DNA of 64,000 bases. Source: a virus. The stretch lies in the IMG/VR virus record IMGVR_UViG_3300035182_000466, positions 106,062-170,061 of that record, one strand, 5' to 3'. Below, one piece after another: positions 49,769-58,934 of this stretch (the first letter of the stretch is position 1; every line of letters starts with the position of its first letter). The notes beneath the pieces were generated by a model. The model was not told where the DNA came from. It did no database searches and saw only the letters and a program-made list of their open reading frames with translations. Both the position numbers and the translations under genes were made by a program.

Positions 49769-50416
49769 CTATGCATCCAGTAGCTTAACTTCATCAGTAT
49801 TCTCAGAAATTAAATAAAATGGTCTACGTGTTCCTGTAGTTAAGTATTCCGCAGCTTTAAGAGCCATCAGTATCTTGTCTTCTGCATAAAGCTTTACTCT
49901 TCTAGGTTTCTCATCAAATTCGTAAGAGTATAAAACTCCTCTTGCTACGTCATCACCAGATCCAATAGCATGACCCCAATTTTCACAGTCAATAACAGAA
50001 AGATTACAGCATATCTCGTAAATCTGTCCATTATAGCCTATGATAATATCTGCATCCATTTCAGGTTCTTCATTCTCATGTTTTAATAAGTTATATCGAG
50101 ATAAAGTCTTTTGTAGGAAAGGAACGAAGGTACAACGGAGATAACTAGAAAATTGTGTATTAATATCTAAAGCAACTGTAGCAGTAGTAGGCTTAAATGA
50201 TAAGAAATTAGGTAAAGTATTCTCAATCTCCTGTGCATAAGATTCATAAAAAAGTGTATCAGCTACTCGTCCTGAACCTGTTACTCCAATTACCATTTGG
50301 CTAAGTTTAGCAATCTTTGCGTTGTTTCCGGTAATTCGTGTACTTCTATTTTGATATAATGAATCTGCACCCATTGATACTATTTCATTTTCTACAACAG
50401 CTACAATTGTTGACAT
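49769..50416 (-). CDS. Ntn-hydrolase, HslV/proteasome-beta-like peptidase
   Basis: MSTIVAV...MGADS...KI...GVTGS...AIGSG...ARG. Confidence 0.75.
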   Translation of the reverse strand: MSTIVAVVENEIVSMGADSLYQNRSTRITGNNAKIAKLSQMVIGVTGSGRVADTLFYESYAQEIENTLPNFLSFKPTTATVALDINTQFSSYLRCTFVPFLQKTLSRYNLLKHENEEPEMDADIIIGYNGQIYEICCNLSVIDCENWGHAIGSGDDVARGVLYSYEFDEKPRRVKLYAEDKILMALKAAEYLTTGTRRPFYLISENTDEVKLLDA

Positions 50417-51653
50417 ATATTACTCCTATATTTATAAATATAGTATCTCTTTTATTAACTATTAGTAATATGGATATAGGCAGTTTATTAGATAGGTTAG
50501 AATGTATTGATTAGGATAATACATTACTATTGGTTGTAGGTAGTAAGCTTATTCCTATGGTATTTATATCCATATTTATTGCAATCTGAGTTTTTGATAT
50601 GTGAAACTTCTGATAAATATATTCAATAATACATTCTGGACTCATAGTATGTTCTTTATATAAAAGATATATGTGTTTTACAGATAAAGCATAATCTTTC
50701 TGTGTAAATAAGTCCATTTAAATCATATATAGTATTGTGTTCACATACTTTAGTTTTTTCTATATGCTTTATCTACATCTTCAACTTCTTGTTCTGTAGC
50801 AGGTCTTACTTTAGACACTAGTACATAAGGACCCTAATATTCTTTATCATATTCTACGAATGGAGCAGGCATGTTTCCTCTTATAACCAATGTTCTATAT
50901 CTTTACGAAGAATAGTTGCACGTTCTACCTGCATTGCATTACCTGAAGTAAAATACTTTCTCACAATAGCTGCAAGTTGTCTATCACGTTCAATAGGATC
51001 AACTACTTCAAGATATGTTGTTCCATCATAGATATAGATAGTAGTTCCGTAACGATTAACTACTTTAGCGTAGTCACCTCTACTTGCAGGTATCTTACAA
51101 AGTTCTTCATAAGAACTAGCTACTTTATCAGTATGAGTGTTTAGCATTTTACTAGCTCCTTAAAAGCTACTACAAATTCATCCTCATGAAGATGAATAGG
51201 TTGATTTTTATTTGATAGATAGTTACCAGGAGCATCCATCTATGCTTGCCCATATCCTTCTGGACATTTATTATTCGGTTTCTGATTCATTAGATTTAAG
51301 CCTCTCTTTCCAAGTGTTAATATATTGTTGACAAATAAGACATGTTACTTTATCAATATCGTAAGTTATTCTATTTCTATCACCTACAGGTGTTTTACAT
51401 ATAGCTCTACCATTATCTGCTTCTAAATGTATTTTTAGCTCATTTAAAATAAGTATATTACAGCCATTTTTATCACATACTCTTTTCATAGAGTCAATTG
51501 CACTATATACATGTCCTGCAACTAAACCATTTGCTAGAAGCCTTATAACACGCAAGCGATCTTTATGTGGAATAATTTTTACTAGTTCTTCATAATTATT
51601 AGACATAATGTTAAACCTCGTTACTACATATTTTTAAATATTTTTATATTGTA

Positions 51654-51663
51654 TATTTACAGT
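51654..51663 (-). promoter_or_regulatory. ACTGTAAATA motif
   Basis: Immediately downstream of the 51677-51702 hairpin and upstream of the ORF starting at 51606. Confidence 0.55.
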
Positions 51664-51676
51664 ATTAAAAATAAAA

Positions 51677-51702
51677 AAGTAGCATAGATATCTATGCTAC
51701 TT
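51677..51702 (-). terminator. Terminator (perfect 26-bp palindrome plus U-tract)
   Basis: AAGTAGCATAGAT|ATCTATGCTACTT followed by a T-run on the - strand. Confidence 0.75.
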
Positions 51703-52008
51703 CTAGTTTAAACTTTTACTATTGTTCTAGCCCTGTGTATTTCTTGTTTACGCCTAACTCGTATGTATTCCTCACTAGGAACTGTAGTTGCATTAGTTAT
51801 GTCTATAAAACCATTATTATAAAAATATGTTAGTTTTGTATATTCTTTCTTATTATTATGATCATCAAAAAATTTAATTTCAGCTAAGTCTCCATACTTA
51901 AATTCTTTGATCTTTAAATTTTCCAACTCCCTTAGTTTAAGTAAGGCCAAGTCCTTTGTATCTTCTACTATTTTAAAGACCTTAACTTTCATATATCACT
52001 CCTAATTC

Positions 52009-52707
52009 TTATATAGAAGAAGAATCATATTCAAAATATGGAGTACAATCTTTATAATACTTTTTACAACGAGCACTAAATCTTTTAAGATCATCTTTTA
52101 GATCCGGAGGAAGTTCATTGAAAAATTTTTCTTTGATAACTGACTTATCTTCACCTGAATTTAAAAGATCTAAAATATTTTTAATTCGTCCCATAGCAAG
52201 TTGCCTACCTTGTAACTTAGAAAAATGATCTTGAGTATCACACTTTGACCATCCGATTAGATAGCTGTTTGAAGGAACATGCAAAACAGATACAAACATA
52301 GCAACAGGATTGCCTTTAGTTTCTTTTAATGTAATAGTCTTTCTTTTTGTTTTTTCATCTACAACTACAGATGAAATAAATACTGGTTTACGTGCATAAT
52401 CTACAAGATAATTTTTAACTAGTTCTTTCATTCTCTCATCTCCTTGTTGTTTTTTGTTTACTAGATCATCTACGAATGAAACTATGTCTTCTACCCTATT
52501 CCAGCTGTCTATTACTTCTTCTGAAATTCCTGAATCATCATACTCTCCTTCATGGTCATAATTATCTAAAATGTCTAGTATAATGTCTTGTATCTCTTCT
52601 TCATAGATGCCTATAAAATTAAGTTTATCTGATAACTTTATATCTTCTACATCTACATATGAGTATACAGAAATTAAATCTATTACATCATCTTCTACAT
52701 TCATCAT
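52009..52707 (-). CDS. Acidic acyl-carrier-protein-like N-domain fused to a phage domain (G.S.C...D.F.K..G...A..R)
   Basis: ACP-like pattern V...V...I.......EDI.L...L..IG...I..E.......VEDIV.FV; internal AGGAG plus ATG at 52431. Confidence 0.55.
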   Translation of the reverse strand: MMNVEDDVIDLISVYSYVDVEDIKLSDKLNFIGIYEEEIQDIILDILDNYDHEGEYDDSGISEEVIDSWNRVEDIVSFVDDLVNKKQQGDERMKELVKNYLVDYARKPVFISSVVVDEKTKRKTITLKETKGNPVAMFVSVLHVPSNSYLIGWSKCDTQDHFSKLQGRQLAMGRIKNILDLLNSGEDKSVIKEKFFNELPPDLKDDLKRFSARCKKYYKDCTPYFEYDSSSI

Positions 52708-53402
52708 GATATTACCTCCTCCTTTTCCTCATCCTTTTTCTTTCTTAAAATTGCATATCTTTCTTTTTCTACTTCGTCTTCAATTAAGTTATAAAAATAT
52801 ACAGTTCTGTCTAACTCATAGTTACAGGCATCTTCACTTGAAATTTCTGACCAAATTTGTCTTTCTATATTTTTATCTACATTATTTTTAGAACATAAAT
52901 CATAGTTTGTCTTTATTTCAAAAAGTTCTGAAACATCTATTGCGTAAATAACTTGTCTCATAGAGTGATTAGGAACTTTGATTGAGCCTTTTACTATTTG
53001 TATTTCAGAAGGTAGTATATTTACTAAAGGCTTTATAATAGTTTTAAGCCTGTTTAGTCTTGTAGTATATGCTCGTATCTTTCGATAAGGCATTTCTAAA
53101 AACATTTGGTCAGAACCTTTATCATTTTTTACTGATAAAACTTTTTCTGTTACATAATTGTTTACGGTTTTACCATATTGTCCATCAAAACCTCCAGCTT
53201 GAACATACTCTTTAAAGAAGCATGGGAATTTTCTTTGTCTAGGTTCAAAAACATATACACATAAACCATTTATAACATGGTCACAGCCTTCGCAATTTTC
53301 ATGTAATTGTCTTTTAGGAGGACGCTTTAAATCTGCACAATAATAAGTAGAGCTGTTTACTTCATTTTTTGGTATTGTTGCAAAAATTGGATCTTTAGGC
53401 AT
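52704..53402 (-). CDS. Hypothetical protein with N-terminal Cys cluster
   Basis: CEGCDH...C...PC; AGGAG RBS. Confidence 0.65.
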   Translation of the reverse strand: MPKDPIFATIPKNEVNSSTYYCADLKRPPKRQLHENCEGCDHVINGLCVYVFEPRQRKFPCFFKEYVQAGGFDGQYGKTVNNYVTEKVLSVKNDKGSDQMFLEMPYRKIRAYTTRLNRLKTIIKPLVNILPSEIQIVKGSIKVPNHSMRQVIYAIDVSELFEIKTNYDLCSKNNVDKNIERQIWSEISSEDACNYELDRTVYFYNLIEDEVEKERYAILRKKKDEEKEEVIS

Positions 53403-53417
53403 AAATTACTCCTTAAA

Positions 53418-53693
53418 TTAGTGCTTTAATTCTTTTCGTTTTATTGTCCATTTATAAATACCTAAGATATTTATCACCATAAAAATAACGTTAGTTAAAA
53501 CAAAACTAATATCCTTTGTTATAAATCCATATATAAAAAATATTATTGTGGCTATACCAGACAATGGATAGGCTATTTTTAATTGCCCTTTTAAGTTATA
53601 AATAGCTGCAGATAAGATACATCCATTTGCTAATAACGAAATAAAATTTTCTGGTTTACTAAATTCAAACCATTTTTCTAATAACATATACAC
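53418..53693 (-). CDS. Small three-TM membrane protein (PnuC/PQ-loop-like)
   Basis: Three hydrophobic helices ending NILGIYKW. Confidence 0.5.
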   Translation of the reverse strand: MYMLLEKWFEFSKPENFISLLANGCILSAAIYNLKGQLKIAYPLSGIATIIFFIYGFITKDISFVLTNVIFMVINILGIYKWTIKRKELKH

Positions 53694-54007
53694 CTCTTAT
53701 TTAGAAGGTTTTAAAGCCTTCTTTATCTTAGCTTCCAGGTTATATATTTCTTTTCCTGAGAGTTTTATATGTATAGTATCTTTATAGTTAAGTCTTTCGT
53801 TATGTATAAATATTTTTAAACAATTATCATCATTACTAATTTCCATGTCTATAAAAGAATGATTCGGATGAGGTGAAGTCTCTTTACTATATACTTCTTG
53901 TGAGGATGAAGGAAAATAACTTGGAGGTGAATAAAATAAATCCTGTTCAAATATTGTCAACAACGCTACGAAGGCCATACTTTATACCCTCATTTTATTT
54001 TTTAATA

Positions 54008-54017
54008 TATTAACAGT
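54008..54017 (-). promoter_or_regulatory. ACTGTTAATA motif
   Basis: Just downstream of the terminator at 54025-54063 and upstream of the ORF starting at 53978. Confidence 0.55.
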
Positions 54018-54024
54018 TTTAGAC

Positions 54025-54063
54025 AAAAAAGAAGGGTAGCGGTTTTATCCACTACCCTTTTTT
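54025..54063 (-). terminator. Rho-independent terminator
   Basis: AAGGGTAGTGG-ATAAAA-CCGCTACCCTT-CTTTTTT. Confidence 0.85.
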
Positions 54064-54243
54064 AGAACCTTGAATTAGTAATAACTAACAGGTTCCAGCT
54101 CGTAGCCTTTCTCTGATGTCTTAAGGCGACTTTCCTAAGTTTTAAGACTTGTCAGATACTCACTCTAGCTCTAAGGAGGGCTCTGTTTGGAACGCATGAA
54201 AACAGAGAGATGCAGCACACACTGTACAAAAGAAAGTCGCCTA
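54064..54243 (-). ncRNA. Candidate structured non-coding RNA (unassigned)
   Basis: Multiple perfect stems, an 11-bp long-range pairing, GC-richer than flanks, no ORF, ends at a terminator. Confidence 0.55.
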
Positions 54244-54705
54244 TTTTAGTAAATTTGTTATAATTTCATTTGCAACTTTTCCTTCAAACTGATTTTTATA
54301 CTCAGAAGATAAATGTTTCATTATCTGACCTTTATTTACTAAAGGAGTTGTATTAATAAAGTTTTCAATAATTTTAGTCAATTCTTGAACCGTAAGTTGT
54401 TTAGGTAGATAGGCTGTTAAGATATCTATCTCTACCTCAAACTGTAAAGGAGATACTAAAGTAATATGTGATGATTTTTTACAAATTTCTAAGTTCTCTT
54501 TTGCCTTTTTAATAAACTGTTGTATAACGTTAGTAACAACCAAGTCTTCAGGTTCTTTTTTATCTTTACAACAATCACCAATTAAGGTAGCTAATAAGTT
54601 CTTTTTTATATCAGCTAACTTTTTACCGTTTTCATCTTTACTTTTGTATGACTCAAGCATAGCTTCTTTTTTATCTAATTTGATCTTATCAATAAGCAAC
54701 ATCAT
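54241..54705 (-). CDS. GatB/YqeY-domain protein
   Basis: IKLDKKEAM...EIDILTAYLPKQLT...KGQIMK.L...FEGK. Confidence 0.85.
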   Translation of the reverse strand: MMLLIDKIKLDKKEAMLESYKSKDENGKKLADIKKNLLATLIGDCCKDKKEPEDLVVTNVIQQFIKKAKENLEICKKSSHITLVSPLQFEVEIDILTAYLPKQLTVQELTKIIENFINTTPLVNKGQIMKHLSSEYKNQFEGKVANEIITNLLK

Positions 54706-54720
54706 ATACTCCTTATAATA

Positions 54721-55644
54721 TTATATCTTCTCAAATGGTATATCTGAAATAACGCACCCTGCAGCACCTTTGTGTCCGCCACCACCATAAGTTTTTGCAA
54801 TAACAGAGCAGTCTACATTGTCCTTCTGACTGTAAAAACTAATATCGAACTTTTCACCATTAAATACAAAGCGAATACACACATCATACTCTTCTATTAA
54901 AGAACCAAATTGTCCACTACCTTTATTACCTGTATTTAATGCAAATGAACTCAATTCTTCAAAACCTATTATTGAAGCCTTGTATCCATAGTCTTTAATA
55001 TACTTTTTGTTATTAACAGATAAATATTTTGAAACTTCAATTCCAGCTTCACAATACTTTAAGATGTCTAGATCATCACAAAGAAATCCTTTTTTAAACC
55101 ACCATTCAAGAGCTTCAGGTATACTTGGATCTAAGTCCATAGTTCTTAATCCAAGTTGTAATTTGCTCATGAAACTCCAATTTGATTGGGATTTATCCCA
55201 AACATCATAACGTCCTAACCAGTATACGATTGGACATTTAATTCTAATTTTGCTTAAAAGATCTTTAGCTTGTTCTTTAACATAACTAGAGTCTTTAAGA
55301 TTCATTTTAAAGTACATATAGGTTAGTTCACAACCAGAAATACCATCAACTTGAAGACCTTCTAATACAAGATCTTTACATGCATCTAAGGATGTCTTAT
55401 GATGGTCAATCCACACAAAAGATTTGGTAGAATCTTTTATTTTTAACATCTTATCTAATGGAAATGAAAAGTCTACCATTATAACTTCATCTTCTTTTGT
55501 AAGAAAGGATAAATCATGTGAATCAACATCTACATAATCAATACCTATTAATTTTACCAATTTAGGGTTTTCAATAGTAGACATAACAATAGCGGCAGAA
55601 CAGAATCCGTCAAAATCTGAACTATGATAATAGATGTAACGCAT
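54721..55644 (-). CDS. DHH/DHHA1 phosphoesterase
   Basis: YH..DFDG, MVDFS, WIDHH, GGGGHKGAAG. Confidence 0.9.
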   Translation of the reverse strand: MRYIYYHSSDFDGFCSAAIVMSTIENPKLVKLIGIDYVDVDSHDLSFLTKEDEVIMVDFSFPLDKMLKIKDSTKSFVWIDHHKTSLDACKDLVLEGLQVDGISGCELTYMYFKMNLKDSSYVKEQAKDLLSKIRIKCPIVYWLGRYDVWDKSQSNWSFMSKLQLGLRTMDLDPSIPEALEWWFKKGFLCDDLDILKYCEAGIEVSKYLSVNNKKYIKDYGYKASIIGFEELSSFALNTGNKGSGQFGSLIEEYDVCIRFVFNGEKFDISFYSQKDNVDCSVIAKTYGGGGHKGAAGCVISDIPFEKI

Positions 55645-55668
55645 TATTACATGTTTCCTTTCAGTTAA

Positions 55669-55744
55669 TGGAGTTGGCGATAGGACTCGAATCTGCAGTC
55701 TACTGATTACAAGTCAACTGCTCTACTAATTAAGCTATACTAGC
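55669..55744 (-). pseudogene. Degenerate tRNA-Thr(TGT)
   Basis: 76-nt cloverleaf with CCA and anticodon loop CTTGTAA, but 3 mismatches in the acceptor stem and 2 in the T stem. Confidence 0.75.
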
Positions 55745-55763
55745 ATTTTATCTAATAAACAAG

Positions 55764-56123
55764 TTATTCTCTAGATCTTAAAAAATTCAATCTTGATTTT
55801 AATTCGCTTAATTCTTCTGACCATTCTATAATTTGTTCTGAATTTATTATAATACTTTCAGAACTTTCTGAGTATCGAATAATTGCTTTTGCAAGTTCCT
55901 CAATTCTTGATTCTAACCACAATGTATGAGATATAATACCAATTGGAGGTTTATCTACATCTTCGGATGTTTTAAATTTTATATCAAGAATATATCTTGA
56001 AGGTTTGCCTGTAGAAGAATATGGTTCACAAGGTTCTACATGGATATTAGCTATATCTGTATAGACAGAAGTTACGGCATTCAAAAGTGATTCAATTAAT
56101 TTTTCAACTGTGTCTCGTTTCAT
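55764..56123 (-). CDS. Hypothetical protein
   Basis: KPPIGI...W.E.RIEEL..AI.RY; AGGAG RBS. Confidence 0.65.
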   Translation of the reverse strand: MKRDTVEKLIESLLNAVTSVYTDIANIHVEPCEPYSSTGKPSRYILDIKFKTSEDVDKPPIGIISHTLWLESRIEELAKAIIRYSESSESIIINSEQIIEWSEELSELKSRLNFLRSRE

Positions 56124-56138
56124 TCTAGCTCCTTATTA

Positions 56139-56492
56139 TTATGAAAGTTCTTTTTCTATATCACAAAAATGTAAAGGTTTCTTATAACAAACGATATTCC
56201 GTTCTTTAGAACCTTTTAGTATCTCTGGACTGGCAGACATAAATATAATCTTAGTGTCTGGTGCATAATCTTGTACATAAAGTGCAAGTTGAGCTCCTGT
56301 AATACCAGGCATCATAATATCTGTCAAAAGTAAGGCTATGTTCATAGCCTTTAGAATATGCATCGCTGAAGCATAAGAATCAGCTAAGTAAATATTTTTA
56401 TAACCGTTTGACTCAAATAATGTCTTACACAATTCAAGACTAAAATAATCATCATCAACTATCAATATATTACTTGACTTATCTATAGCCAT
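56139..56492 (-). CDS. Single-domain response regulator (CheY-like receiver)
   Basis: ILIVDDD, LLLTDIMMPGITG, IIFMSA, KP. True start is MAIDKSS after GGAGG; the ORF track's 5' extension overlaps the tmRNA. Confidence 0.88.
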   Translation of the reverse strand: MAIDKSSNILIVDDDYFSLELCKTLFESNGYKNIYLADSYASAMHILKAMNIALLLTDIMMPGITGAQLALYVQDYAPDTKIIFMSASPEILKGSKERNIVCYKKPLHFCDIEKELS

Positions 56493-56510
56493 AATACCTC
56501 CTGCTAAAAT

Positions 56511-56950
56511 TGGTGGAGGTGGAGGGCTCCGACTCCCTCGTCTTGCATATGCATCCATAATCACATCTACGCTAATAGCTTCATTTAATTTAAACACTGG
56601 AGTAATAGAAGCCTAAACTATCCAGAGTCGATTAAGTTTTATGCTGAAAACTTACAAACAGGTTCCTCTTGTTAGCTACACATAACTTACCGAAATGTGA
56701 TCTTCTGTTACTCAGCGAAGGTTTACTAAGAGTATCTTCCTTTACTGTACCTACGATTCTACTGTAGGAATTTGTTACTTCTAAGCTGCTGCCAATTGGT
56801 CGAAACCATAGTTGTCAGCAGTGAAGAAGCCTTTTACTTTTTCAATTACAGTGTTTGCATTTATTGTTTAGTGGATTATTAATGAGGCCAACCACAATCC
56901 TCATAGCGCAGTAATTACTTTACATACACAATCGAATCCAATTCACCCCC
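56511..56950 (-). ncRNA. ssrA: tmRNA (440 nt), tag (A)ANTVIEKVKGFFTADNYGFDQLAAA*
   Basis: 5' GGGGGTG pairs with 3' CACCTCC-A-CCA giving G3:U; GGATTCGA after the acceptor; long P2 helix; pk1 (ATGAGG/CCTCAT plus GTGG/CCAC); resume context ATAAAT-GCA; tag ORF 56858-56781 ends LAAA. Confidence 0.95.
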
Positions 56951-56959
56951 ATAATTAAT

Positions 56960-57139
56960 TTAAGGCATTACACCACGTTTTGGTTTCTAGTCACGGTATT
57001 ACGACCTATGCTGATTGTTACTCCCGATTGAAGCTTTCACCTAAACAGTCTATTGATATATTATTTCTAAGTAGACATATAACTTAGGCTATTGCTAAAT
57101 AGAGAGATTTTTCGCAGACAATTGGTATCCGTGTCTTAA
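56960..57139 (-). ncRNA. Candidate ~180-nt structured RNA upstream of tmRNA
   Basis: No ORF; nested stems CTCTC/GGGAG, CCTAAG/TTTAGG, GTCTA/TAGAC; imperfectly complementary ends. Confidence 0.3.
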
Positions 57140-57142
57140 GTA

Positions 57143-57337
57143 TTAGTATAAAGCTAGCTTAGACTTATTCTTTTTATCTTTAAGTTTAAGCTTAAAACTT
57201 ACTTCAAAAGTAGACTTACAACTAGGGCACTCTATTGGTACTATTTCTTTATTCTTTGTTACCAAGAGTTTAATATCATTTTTAGTAGCTACTTTAATTG
57301 TCTCTTTACACTCAGGACATTCTACAAATACTAACAT
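57143..57337 (-). CDS. Small Zn-ribbon protein
   Basis: CPEC...CPSC. Confidence 0.65.
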   Translation of the reverse strand: MLVFVECPECKETIKVATKNDIKLLVTKNKEIVPIECPSCKSTFEVSFKLKLKDKKNKSKLALY

Positions 57338-57556
57338 ACTCTCTCCATAAATTCAATGATGTATACTATATATATTAAACTCAAATCCTTTAAGTCCACG
57401 ATAGAAATTTATAAATAATCCTTTATGGGGACCACTTGTTTTTACCATAAAAGTCCAGCTATACTTTTTATCACTACTTATAAGGACGTTACTTCCAATC
57501 TCATAAACTATATCTTTTGTAATCATTCCATGTTTCATTTACTAACCTCTTAATTA

Positions 57557-57631
57557 TGGCTCCCGAAGTAGGACTCGAACCTACAACCTAATGATTAACA
57601 GTCATTTGCTCCACCATTGAGCTATTCGGGA
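57557..57631 (-). tRNA. tRNA-Asn(GTT)
   Basis: TCCCGAA acceptor, anticodon loop CTGTTAA, GGTTCGAGTCC, encoded CCA. Confidence 0.95.
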
Positions 57632-57675
57632 GTGTAAAATAATGACAACCACTCTAAAATATAATTGTCATTATA

Positions 57676-57762
57676 TGGTGCGGGTAGGGAGACTTGAACT
57701 CCCACAACCTTACGGTCAACGGATTTTGAGTCCGGTGCGTCTTCCTATTCCGCCATACCCGC
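57676..57762 (-). tRNA. tRNA-Leu(CAA)
   Basis: GCGGGTA acceptor, loop CTCAAAA, long variable arm, encoded CCA. Confidence 0.95.
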
Positions 57763-57770
57763 ATATACTA

Positions 57771-58139
57771 CTAACCACAATAGATAAATTCTATTTCACC
57801 ACCCCATTGACGGCGTTTCTTTGTACTATGTTTCCATGAACCACGATAATGATTTATCGGAATATCATCGTATGTACTAATTAATGATTTTGCATTACGT
57901 CTTCTATTTACAGTTTTTGATATTTGTTTGAACTGATCTACAAAGTCATACCATTTACGTTTTTCCTGAACGCTTTGTGAGCGCCACATTCTACTTTTGT
58001 TCCATCTATGCTTATGAATACCTGGAACTGGACCTAACCTATACACAAAGTAATGATTTGCATATTTAGTAGAATACAGAAAATAACGTTCACCTCTTAT
58101 TAGTTTTGAATACTTTTCTGGTTTAAAAGAATAGTACAT
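57771..58139 (-). CDS. Basic hypothetical phage protein
   Basis: Ends YDDI...GSWKHSTKKRRQW; GGGGAGG RBS. Confidence 0.65.
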   Translation of the reverse strand: MYYSFKPEKYSKLIRGERYFLYSTKYANHYFVYRLGPVPGIHKHRWNKSRMWRSQSVQEKRKWYDFVDQFKQISKTVNRRRNAKSLISTYDDIPINHYRGSWKHSTKKRRQWGGEIEFIYCG

Positions 58140-58388
58140 TGTTTCCTCCCACTAGGTTTAGTTACCTAATGGAAGTATTCTTCTTGTCCTCTATACATAA
58201 GTATCTCCTTATCCTAGTCTCTCCTAAAAGTAACACCACTTTAACGTGATATTCTTATGAAGAAAAATAGTCTACAGGTGTAGCCTAAATAAAATTATTT
58301 TCCTTTAGTCTTATCTTTCTTTGGTTTCTTAGCTTCACGTCCACCTTTGTCCTTGTTTCCCATTACTGTTCTCCTTATAAGTTTTTAT

Positions 58389-58463
58389 TGGAGCGACCAA
58401 TCGGGTTCGAACCGATGACGTTCAGCTTGGAAGGCTGACATTCTACCACTGAATTATGGTCGC
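58389..58463 (-). tRNA. tRNA-Gly(TCC)
   Basis: GCGACCA acceptor, loop CTTCCAA, GGTTCGAACCC, T discriminator, CCA. Confidence 0.95.
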
Positions 58464-58670
58464 TTATATTTAGAATTATAATTCATCACGTCTGCTTATT
58501 ACATAAATAAAAAGAAGTAATAAAATAAAGTGTATTAAAAATACAGCATTTACAGTCAGATTTTTAGTATCTACTGCATCTGAAGTTGTAGATTTAAGTT
58601 TTGATACTGATCATAAGTTAAAAGGTAATTTTAACATGTAATGCCTCTAGTAGCTTAATTTATAAAATTA

Positions 58671-58698
58671 AGGGTTGCTAGGAGAGGCTAACAACCCC
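58671..58698 (-). terminator. Hairpin terminator after the cold-shock gene
   Basis: GGGGTTGTTAG-CCTCTC-CTAGCAACCCT followed by TAATTTT. Confidence 0.6.
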
Positions 58699-58727
58699 TG
58701 TTGTTTAATAATTATTAGTCTATATAG

Positions 58728-58934
58728 TTATGCTACTTTAACAACGTTAGCAGCTTGTTTACCTTTCTGCCCATCAATAATATCAAAGGTTACAGCTTCA
58801 TTTTCCTTCAACGTCTTAAATCCTTCTGTCTGAATTGCTGAAAAATGCACAAAAATATCTTCCGTAGCTCCTTCCGGTGTTAAAAACCCAAAACCTTTTG
58901 CCTCATTAAACCATTTTACTTTTCCATTCACCAT
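58728..58934 (-). CDS. csp: Cold-shock protein (CspA family)
   Basis: [28 protein letters not shown]. Confidence 0.96.
   Translation of the reverse strand: MVNGKVKWFNEAKGFGFLTPEGATEDIFVHFSAIQTEGFKTLKENEAVTFDIIDGQKGKQAANVVKVA

Noticed and set aside
54110-54160. Hammerhead ribozyme or RNase P RNA (CTGA…, GGAAAGTC)
   Set aside because: Lacks the CUGANGA…GAAA core arrangement and the RNase P 3' P4 strand; kept as an unassigned RNA.
56493-56597. N-terminal extension (…RRGSRSPPPPP…) of the response regulator in the ORF track
   Set aside because: It is a reading of the tmRNA 3' end; the real start at 56492 has a GGAGG RBS.
57642-57839. + strand 65-aa ORF (MVRVGRLELPQPYGQRILSPVRLPIPP)
   Set aside because: Antisense translation of tRNA-Leu.
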